Assembly (NCBI GenBank): GCA_003695015.1
Contig: RFJD01000389.1
Coordinates: 1-28,356 of the forward strand
DNA: 28,356 bases
DNA from: Verrucomicrobiota bacterium
Lineage (GTDB): Bacteria > Verrucomicrobiota > Verrucomicrobiia > Limisphaerales > J093
Direction: 5' to 3'
Shown: positions 18,985 to 26,276 of the stretch, piece after piece
Layout: each line of letters begins with the position of its first letter
How positions within the stretch are numbered: the first letter of the stretch is position 1
Notes under the pieces: generated by a model
Databases searched by the model: none
Seen by the model: the letters and a program-made list of their open reading frames with translations, nothing else
What the model was told of the DNA's origin: nothing
Translations under genes and position numbers: made by a program

Positions 18985-20700
18985 TCAGGGAAGCTTGACC
19001 ACCCTGTAATACCGCTGGAGACCTTTTTCGGGCGCGGTGGGCGTCAAAGGCGGGCCATAATCGATCCACTGGGTCTTGGTCCCGCCGGCGATCAACGGCG
19101 GTCCGGCCGGCAACCATCGGTTCAGGTCATCGCTGTACTCCACCGCGTATTGGCGGCCCGGCTCCGACTCGAATTCCACCAGGAAACGGCCGTCTTCCAG
19201 CCACATCGAGCGCAGCACCTCGAACCTCGTCCCCTCGACCGGCGGCGTCGTCTCCGGCGCCACGGCCTCGACCACGAAAACCGGCTCACCGGGCGGTCTC
19301 CGGTCGGCCCGGTAGTACTCCAGCACGAACGTGACCCGGTCCCCTTCCGTCAACAGTCCCTCGTAATGGATCATGGGCAGTCCATCCGGGCCCACCCTGC
19401 CATTGTAGAGGACCGTCCCGGGTTCCAACCCCTCCACGCGGAGTTCCAGCGCCTCGACAAGGCAACCCACAGGACCGGTCGCGGGCTGCCGGTCCAAGGT
19501 CCGGACAGTGGGACCCTCGGGGTAAACGCCCCCCCCATGGGACGCCGAAACCGTCACCTCCACCCGCTGGACGAACAAACCGGTCTGCGGATCGAACGCC
19601 GGCGCCCCAAGGCTCGTTGCTTCCAGAAGACACTCCCCGGGTGGCGGAACCGCCCCGGCGACGATCACCAGTTGCTTCGGTTCGCCCCCATCGGTGGCCG
19701 TCCGCGTGGAAATCGGAGCCCCGAGCATCTCCAGCGTGTTCGGATCGAACACTTGCACCGACTCCGACCACCGCCACGACACCATCCCCACCGAGCCGTC
19801 CGGGGCGATGTCCACGCCGTAGGCCCCCCGCTGGGCGGGTCCCACCGGATCGGTCACTTCCCCCAAGTCGCGGACGTCGATGGGATCGGCCTGCACATCG
19901 ATTTCGTAGGCCCACAAACGGCCTTCGTCGGTGGCAAAGACCCGTGCTCCCTCGGGCGTGATCGCCATGCCCCGACCGGGAAACTGGAGCGGCAGCGTGT
20001 GGGCGGTCATGTCGGGGACCGACACGGCATTGTCCGCCGCCAGTACCCATCCGCCATCGGGGGTTGCCACCAACTCCCTCGAGGCCCTTCCCACCGCCCC
20101 CAGCGACGCGCCTCGAACCGCGTCCACCGCATACATCCCGCCCCGACCCGCCACGAACACGTACCGGCCATCCGGACTCACCACCACACCCTCGGGCGAG
20201 GCGGCCGATCCCAGCGGCACCTCCCGGATCCCGCCGGTGGCCAAATCGACCAGCACCACGGCGCCGTCACCCGCCTCGCCGCCGCCGTTTTTCATGGCCA
20301 CCGCCAGGAAGGAACCATCCGGAGCCACCGCCACGTCGTAGGGTTCGGTCGTGGTCACGCCGCTCAGATCGATCGTCTCGAGCACTTCGTCCAACTCCGT
20401 GTCGATGACCTGCACCGATTGGCCGAACCGGTTGGCCACGTAAACCAGGCCCCCGTCGGGTGAGGCATCCACGCCGCGAGGGTCGGGCCCCACGTCCAGG
20501 AAACGAACCACCTCCCCGAACTGAAGGTCAACCACCGCCACCTGATCGGCGTCAGGAATGGAAACGTAGGCCTTGAAGGCGCCATCTTCCCCTGGCACCC
20601 CCAAGGCCGCAGCGGGCCAAAGGCCCAGCACCAGCGCCAACGAAGGCGCCGCTCCCTGCTCGGAAAGCAAACGCAGGACTCGCATCGTTTTGGGTTTCAT
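18985..20700 (-). CDS. Secreted YVTN/YncE-type beta-propeller protein with an additional C-terminal domain
   Basis: Signal peptide ending AALG. Repeats include PRGVDASPDGGLVYVAN, PYDVAVAPDGS, PEGVVVSPDGRYVFV and VDIAPDGS. The last ~200 aa are non-propeller and end RYYRVVKLP. Start chosen at 20700; the alternative is 20763. Confidence 0.85.
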   Translation of the reverse strand: MKPKTMRVLRLLSEQGAAPSLALVLGLWPAAALGVPGEDGAFKAYVSIPDADQVAVVDLQFGEVVRFLDVGPDPRGVDASPDGGLVYVANRFGQSVQVIDTELDEVLETIDLSGVTTTEPYDVAVAPDGSFLAVAMKNGGGEAGDGAVVLVDLATGGIREVPLGSAASPEGVVVSPDGRYVFVAGRGGMYAVDAVRGASLGAVGRASRELVATPDGGWVLAADNAVSVPDMTAHTLPLQFPGRGMAITPEGARVFATDEGRLWAYEIDVQADPIDVRDLGEVTDPVGPAQRGAYGVDIAPDGSVGMVSWRWSESVQVFDPNTLEMLGAPISTRTATDGGEPKQLVIVAGAVPPPGECLLEATSLGAPAFDPQTGLFVQRVEVTVSASHGGGVYPEGPTVRTLDRQPATGPVGCLVEALELRVEGLEPGTVLYNGRVGPDGLPMIHYEGLLTEGDRVTFVLEYYRADRRPPGEPVFVVEAVAPETTPPVEGTRFEVLRSMWLEDGRFLVEFESEPGRQYAVEYSDDLNRWLPAGPPLIAGGTKTQWIDYGPPLTPTAPEKGLQRYYRVVKLP

Positions 20701-20980
20701 GATCCGTGCTTGGTCTGAGATTTGGATTGGAATGCCTCGACGAACTCCGCGTGGGAGCGCCACCCGGATTCCCTTCCGGCGCCCTGCCTTGGTTCACCGC
20801 CGGCCCGAGGACAGCCAAGGGAAAAGCCCGCTGCAACGGCGCCTTTCCCTTGCGATGGACTGGCCCCATCGGACACCAAATGCCATGGACTGTCGAGCCT
20901 TTTCTCGCTCCCGCTTGGCTCACGTGAGATCAAATCAAGAGACACCGGCGAGGAAACCGGCTGGGGGCCGGAAGGGGGTG

Positions 20981-21220
20981 TTGACTCACAGGAAAATGAC
21001 ACCGGGCAAACCCCGACGCCGATGCCCATGAATCGTCCGGTTGGAGAAGACCTCCTGCCCCGACTCTCCACACAGCATGTCCGGCGCGGGCAGGAGCGCC
21101 CCAGCCGCAAGCTCGATGCGCTCTGCCGGGACTCCGGCTACGAGCGCAAGCACACCAGCAAGCTGCTGCGGGCACCCTCCACTGCCTGATGGGCGCCCCA
21201 GCCCGGGCCGATTCCGCCGC
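20981..21220 (+). pseudogene. Decayed N-terminal fragment of an integrase-core (DDE) transposase, with a possible terminal repeat at 20981-21003
   Basis: 21022-21189 translates MPMNRPVGEDLLPRLSTQHVRRGQERPSRKLDALCRDSGYERKHTSKLL. From recall, this matches the LPRLRxRYxxxGRxxxSRxLDxxCxxxGYxRKxAIKLL N-terminus of such transposases. After the TGA, the frame continues with QPGP. No catalytic core follows. Confidence 0.6.
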
Positions 21221-21311
21221 TCGCGGATTGACAGTCGGCGGGTCCCCGGCGAATTGTCCGGAGCGCGCGGGCGCCCCTCCAAGACCGGGCCGGCCCGCCC
21301 CGCGAAAGAGC

Positions 21312-22202
21312 ATGAAACCGCTGGACCTTCCTCTGCCCGATGACGAGTTCCCCAAGGAGCTCGTCGAAGTCACGATGAGCTACCTCGACGGGCTCGTTAC
21401 CGCCGACTGGGAAGACCCGGACGGACCCATTCGTCTGCGGGACGACCTGACCGAGGCCGACCTGGAGTCCGCCAAGATCTACCACGACCTGCGCCTCCTG
21501 CTGCAGCTTCTCGAGCAGGAAGGGGGCGCCAACGCCACCGCCAAAGGCAACCTCTGCCGCGCCTTCGTCCGTCTCTGGGTGGAACATGCCCGCTGGCCGG
21601 CGGAGCACCGGGAGTTGATGCTGAGAACATGGAAGATTGAATGGGACATCCCCCGGCTTCACCATGCCCGAATCCTCGCCGAGTTCGACAAGCTCATCAT
21701 CCACCGCAAGAAACGCTGGATCCTCACGAAAAAAGGCCGGGATTTGCTGCTCAACCAGCCGCCAGGGGTTCTCTACCGGCGGGCCTTTCTGACCATGTTC
21801 CGCAAGTTGGACATCACGTATTTCGCCCCGCAGCACCCGGCGCCGATCCTTCAAGACGGCATGGGCCTCCTGCTCTGGGAGGTGGGGAACGCGCTGAAGG
21901 ACTGGCGGCCCATCCAGGAAATTCCGCGGCTGCTGTTGCCGGACAGCGTGCTGGAACTGGTCCGGAGTTCCCTCGACGGGCCTCGCGATCGCGTGGAGTA
22001 CGTTCTCATGGACCACATCCTCCGGCCGCTGGGGTGGTTCGGCCTCGTTGAACACTGCGAGGACCCGTCGAAACCGCGCGACCGGGAAGATTGGGGCGGG
22101 GTGCCGCGATACTGGCAGATCACGCCGCTGTACTCGAAGTTCATCCAGTTCAAGCCGCCGCCGCTGCCGGGTTCAGCCGGCGCCTTGTTGTCGCTCAACT
22201 GA
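21312..22202 (+). CDS. Hypothetical protein (296 aa, uncharacterised family)
   Basis: Clean ORF with normal protein composition. Motifs include ATAKGNLCRAFV, LTKKGRDLL and LRPLGWFGLVE. No function recognised. Confidence 0.75.
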   Translation: MKPLDLPLPDDEFPKELVEVTMSYLDGLVTADWEDPDGPIRLRDDLTEADLESAKIYHDLRLLLQLLEQEGGANATAKGNLCRAFVRLWVEHARWPAEHRELMLRTWKIEWDIPRLHHARILAEFDKLIIHRKKRWILTKKGRDLLLNQPPGVLYRRAFLTMFRKLDITYFAPQHPAPILQDGMGLLLWEVGNALKDWRPIQEIPRLLLPDSVLELVRSSLDGPRDRVEYVLMDHILRPLGWFGLVEHCEDPSKPRDREDWGGVPRYWQITPLYSKFIQFKPPPLPGSAGALLSLN

Positions 22203-22360
22203 CCTCCGCCGGTCCGCGCCCACACCAAGCGCCGCGCCCCGGCGGGCCGGTCGCCATTCCTCCTGCCTTGCGGCCCCAAAGGGGGGCTCGGCGATTGTCT
22301 GTGGGGGATCGCGGCAAACCCGGGCTTCCCGCCTGCCGCCCTGAGTTCTACCCTTGCCGC

Positions 22361-23197
22361 ATGAACCGCTCACGATACCTCCGGCGCTTGGCTCGGATTC
22401 CCGGCGTCGTTCCCGCCGTCGCTTTGTTGGCGGCCTTTCACCTTTCCGCCGCGCCGCCGGCCGGTTACGAGCTGGCATGGGCGGACGAATTCGAGGGCAC
22501 GGCGTTGGACCCGGCCAAATGGAACCACCGCCAGCCGGGCCCCCGGCGCGACGCCATCAACACGCCGGACGCCGTCACCGTGAAGGATGGCATCCTGACC
22601 ATCACCACGTGGACCGAAGGCGGCAAGCATTACACCGGGATGATCAGCACCGCCGGCCTGTTCGAGTCCGGCCCCGGCTACTACGAAGCCCGGGTCCGGT
22701 TCGCCGACGCGCCGGGGATGTGGTCGGCTTGGTGGCTGCAAACGCCCACCATGGGCCGCCCGTTGGGCGATCCGGCCAAGGCTGGCATGGAGATCGACCT
22801 GTTCGAGCATCGTGCCGTCAACCAGGCGGGCAAGGACATCGCCGACCAAGTCCAACACACCCTTCACTGGGACGGCTACGGCGAGCACCACAAAAGCCGG
22901 GGCCATCTGACCCCACCGCTGGGTCTGCGCCAAGGATGGCATGTCTTCGGCTGCGAATGGACCGAGACCGAGTACCGGTTCTACGTGGACGGCCGGTTGA
23001 CTTGGCGCTCCGGCCCGGTGTCGCTCCGACCGGAGTTCATGATCCTCAGCAGCGAGGTTCACGACGGGCGCTGGGCCGGGCGCGTGCCCGAGGGAGGTTA
23101 CGGAAGTCGCGCGAGCAGTCGGACGCGTTTCGAGGTGGATTATGTCCGTTACTACCGGCCCGCCGGCGCGCGGAAGGCGGCCGATGCCCAGCCGTGA
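22361..23197 (+). CDS. Secreted glycoside hydrolase family 16
   Basis: Signal peptide, WADEFEG, GMWSAWW, catalytic EIDLFE (ExDxxE), WHVFGCEW, FYVDG and FEVDYVRYY. Start at 22361 after TACCCT-N6. Confidence 0.92.
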   Translation: MNRSRYLRRLARIPGVVPAVALLAAFHLSAAPPAGYELAWADEFEGTALDPAKWNHRQPGPRRDAINTPDAVTVKDGILTITTWTEGGKHYTGMISTAGLFESGPGYYEARVRFADAPGMWSAWWLQTPTMGRPLGDPAKAGMEIDLFEHRAVNQAGKDIADQVQHTLHWDGYGEHHKSRGHLTPPLGLRQGWHVFGCEWTETEYRFYVDGRLTWRSGPVSLRPEFMILSSEVHDGRWAGRVPEGGYGSRASSRTRFEVDYVRYYRPAGARKAADAQP

Positions 23198-24246
23198 ACG
23201 CCCCGGACGCCCCCACCCCGCCCGGTTGGCAGCCGCTGGAGGAAGTCCGCTGGGGAATGATCGGTTGCGGCGACGTCACCGAGGTGAAGAGCGCCCCGGC
23301 CTTCAACCAAGTCCCCGGCTCGCGCCTGGTGGCCGTCATGGCCCGCACCCCGGAACGGGTCCGGGACTACGCCCGCCGCCACGGCGTTCCCCACTGGTAC
23401 ACCGATGCCGAACGGCTGGTGAACGATCCGGAGGTCAACGCCGTTTACATCGCGACGCCGCCTTCGTCCCACGCGCAATACGCAATCCTGGCCGCCCAAG
23501 CCGGCAAGGCCGTTTACGTCGAGAAACCCATGGCGCACACCGTGGCCGACTGCCGGCGGATGATCGCAGCCTGCCGCCGGGCCGGCGTGCCCCTGTACGT
23601 CGCCTACTACCGGCGGTACCAAGAGCGGTTCCTCCAAGTCAAACAGTGGCTCCGCGAAGGCCGCATCGGCGAGGTCCGTCTGGTCAACGTCGATCTCTGG
23701 CTTCCGCCGCGTCCGGAGGATCTCCCGCCCGACAATCTCCCTTGGCGGGTCCGGCCGGAGATCTCGGGCGGGGGCTATTTTCACGACATGGCCTCGCACC
23801 AGCTCGATCTCTTGGATGACTGGTTCGGGCCGTTGACCGAGGCCCGGGGGGAAACCCACAACCGCGCCGGCTGGTATCCGGCGCCGGACGTGGTGCTGGC
23901 CCGGTTCCGTCTGCCCGACGGCGGCCTGGGCCAAGGCAGTTGGTGTTTCTGCGCCAGCCAGCCGGTGGACCGGATCGAAATCGTCGGCAGCCGCGGGCTG
24001 ATCCGGGTGGCCGCCTTCCTTCCGGCTCCGGTCGAGCTGGTCACTCCGGAGGGGATCGAGCAGCGGAACCTGATTCCGGCCCAGCCCGTGGCCAAGCCCT
24101 TGATCGAGCGGGTGGTCCGGGCCCTGCGCGGCATGGGTGATTGTTCGACCACCGGCGAAACAGCCCTGCGCACCAACGAGGTGATGGAAGCCATCTGCGG
24201 GCCGCCCGCCACCGACAGGCACGCCGCCGGCCCGGCGGATGGTTGA
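23194..24246 (+). CDS. Gfo/Idh/MocA family NAD(P)-dependent oxidoreductase
   Basis: WGMIGCGDV, AVYIATPPSSH, YVEKPMA and GGYFHDMASHQLD. The GTG start overlaps the GH16 stop (GTGA). Confidence 0.92.
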   Translation: MNAPDAPTPPGWQPLEEVRWGMIGCGDVTEVKSAPAFNQVPGSRLVAVMARTPERVRDYARRHGVPHWYTDAERLVNDPEVNAVYIATPPSSHAQYAILAAQAGKAVYVEKPMAHTVADCRRMIAACRRAGVPLYVAYYRRYQERFLQVKQWLREGRIGEVRLVNVDLWLPPRPEDLPPDNLPWRVRPEISGGGYFHDMASHQLDLLDDWFGPLTEARGETHNRAGWYPAPDVVLARFRLPDGGLGQGSWCFCASQPVDRIEIVGSRGLIRVAAFLPAPVELVTPEGIEQRNLIPAQPVAKPLIERVVRALRGMGDCSTTGETALRTNEVMEAICGPPATDRHAAGPADG

Positions 24247-24315
24247 GCCGGCTGCCCGGAAATTCGCGGCTCGCCCGGCTTGACCCGGAAGGGCCGGACG
24301 ACTAAGTGAGGCCGC

Positions 24316-24516
24316 ATGAAACTGACTTGGCAGGACACCGACGAGATCGCTTGGGCGCTCGCGGAGGAGTATCCGGACCTCGATCCCATGGAAGTGAGCC
24401 TGTCGGAAATCCGCAAGATGGTGCTCCAACTGGATGACTTCGAGGACGATCCGAACGGCTCCTCGACGGCCATCCTCGAGGCGATCCAAGCCGCATGGCA
24501 GGAGGGCATCCAATGA
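24316..24516 (+). CDS. iscX: Fe-S cluster assembly protein IscX (YfhJ)
   Basis: [24 protein letters not shown]...LDDFEDDP...ILEAIQAAW. The 66-aa acidic sequence is characteristic. Confidence 0.88.
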   Translation: MKLTWQDTDEIAWALAEEYPDLDPMEVSLSEIRKMVLQLDDFEDDPNGSSTAILEAIQAAWQEGIQ

Positions 24517-24899
24517 GCGGCGAACGCGAGGTCGTGGCGACACCGGCCGCCCCGGCGGCGGTCGGCCCCTACAGCCAGGCGATCCGGGCGGGGGGATTCG
24601 TGTTCTGCGCGGGCCAGATTCCGTTGGATCCGGCCACCGGCGCGTTGGTCGAGGGTGACGTGGCCGCCCAGACGGAGCGGGTTTTGGAAAACCTCAAGGC
24701 CGTGCTCGAGGCGGCCGGCACCGGCATGGACCGCGTCGTCAAGACCACCGTTTACCTGCAGGACATGACCGACTTCGCGGCGATGAACGAGGTTTACGCC
24801 CGCTACTTTCCCAAGGATCCCCCCGCCCGGGCGGCGGTGCAGGTGGCGGCTCTGCCGAAAGGAGCCCGGGTCGAAATCGAGGCCATCGCCTTGGCCTGA
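24513..24899 (+). CDS. ridA: RidA family reactive enamine/imine deaminase
   Basis: [45 protein letters not shown] (catalytic Arg) and VEIEAIA. The ATG overlaps the iscX stop (ATGA). Confidence 0.95.
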   Translation: MSGEREVVATPAAPAAVGPYSQAIRAGGFVFCAGQIPLDPATGALVEGDVAAQTERVLENLKAVLEAAGTGMDRVVKTTVYLQDMTDFAAMNEVYARYFPKDPPARAAVQVAALPKGARVEIEAIALA

Positions 24900-24920
24900 C
24901 GCCCTGCCGCGGCCGGCCGT

Positions 24921-26057
24921 TCACCCGACGCGAATCGCGTCCAATTCCAGCTCGAACAACAGGTCGTCCCGGCAGACGTCGTTCTTGGTGACCACCACCG
25001 GCAGATCGGGCAGGCCCTGGCGCCGGCAGTATTTCTCGAAGGCCCGCGTGTCGTGGGCGTGCTTGAAGTAAGCGATGGCCCGCGTCGTGTCCGCCCAGTC
25101 CATGCCCCGGGAACGCAGGATCGCGTGGACCACCTCCATGGTGGTGGCCACCTGGGCTTCCACATCCCCCACATGCGCCGTCGCGCCGCCGGGTTCGATG
25201 CTGGCCGTCCCCGAGACCAACAACCGCCGCTGCCCCGGCCAAGCCACTTCCACCGCCCGACTGAAGGAGCTGCCATACTCCAAGGCCGGACATTGCAACG
25301 GCGAAGGCACCGCCTCGAGCCGCAGTTCCGCGGAAGCCGGAATCACCGCCATCAGGTCCCCGGTCAACGCCGCCCCGGCCGGATTGTTCCCCCCGATGCC
25401 GGTCGAGGCCGGCACCAGCCGGTCATAGATGCCGCGCTGCTGGAAAAACCGGTTTCGCACCGCGTTGAAGGCGTCGTACCACTCGAGGATGTCGTCCAAG
25501 TAGAACCAGGTCCGGTACACGTGCTCGAACCGGAAGCCGGCTTCGGCGAGGACCCGCTCGGCCAGATCGAAGACCGCCTCGGCCTGCGCCTCGCGGCTGG
25601 CGGTCGGATCCGGCGGCAGCAATCCCCCCAGCACGCAGTGCCGGCCCCGCTCATCCTCGTAGGTCACCCCCACCGTGCGCCCGCCCCAACGCACCGGCCG
25701 GGTTTCCACCCCGCCGATGGCGTGGACTTGCAGCCCCGCAACCGGCGAACCCTGGCCGTTGCCCTGCTCGACCCACGTCACCGGCCAGTGGCTCCCGTCG
25801 AGCCGGTGCAAGCTGCCCCGTCCCGCCGCGGGACCGCCCACCACCCCGAACACCTCCTGCCGGAGAATCCGCCAATGCGGCTCCGCCTCGATCCAGGCGT
25901 AAAACCGCTGGAACAGGTCCGCCGCCGATTCCCCTGGCAACGCCGGCATCGTCAGAAACAACTCCCGGCACCCGCCGCTCTCCACTTCGATCCATCGCCG
26001 GCCGCGATCCCGGCCCTGCCGCAAACCCGTTGAAGCCATGTCCGGAAAGCCGCTCAT
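24921..26057 (-). CDS. Multi-domain Rid/YjgF-like protein (FkbO/Hyg5 chorismatase-like architecture)
   Basis: Two recognisable YjgF-like modules: RTWFYLDDI...FNAVRNRFF...PASTGIG, and LLVSGTASI...GDVEAQ...DVCRDDLLFELE. Start is 26057 or 26039. Confidence 0.75.
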   Translation of the reverse strand: MSGFPDMASTGLRQGRDRGRRWIEVESGGCRELFLTMPALPGESAADLFQRFYAWIEAEPHWRILRQEVFGVVGGPAAGRGSLHRLDGSHWPVTWVEQGNGQGSPVAGLQVHAIGGVETRPVRWGGRTVGVTYEDERGRHCVLGGLLPPDPTASREAQAEAVFDLAERVLAEAGFRFEHVYRTWFYLDDILEWYDAFNAVRNRFFQQRGIYDRLVPASTGIGGNNPAGAALTGDLMAVIPASAELRLEAVPSPLQCPALEYGSSFSRAVEVAWPGQRRLLVSGTASIEPGGATAHVGDVEAQVATTMEVVHAILRSRGMDWADTTRAIAYFKHAHDTRAFEKYCRRQGLPDLPVVVTKNDVCRDDLLFELELDAIRVG

Positions 26058-26255
26058 GAAGGAAGCCGGGGTGACCGGGAACGGGCCGCCGAACCACGAG
26101 CGCCCCGCCGCCTGCCTGGGCGGCCGGCCAAAGTCTGCTGTGCTGGGCGCTGGTTCATGGTTTCCGAGCAGCGACGCGGCATCCTAACCGCGCGGTTCCC
26201 TTCCGCGCAAATCGTTAGGCCGCCTCATCCGGCGGTTTCCCGCCATCGCGGCCTC

Positions 26256-26264
26256 TGCTACACT
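26256..26264 (+). promoter_or_regulatory. Extended -10 element TGcTACACT upstream of the YihY gene
   Basis: TG at 26256-26257 and TACACT at 26259-26264, 12 nt before ATG 26277. Confidence 0.55.
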
Positions 26265-26276
26265 GCCCGCATCACA

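Noticed and set aside
20922-20940. CRP/FNR-like box (cgtgagatcaaatcaa)
   Set aside because: Half-site spacing and sequence do not fit TGTGA-N6-TCACA or TTGAT-N4-ATCAA.
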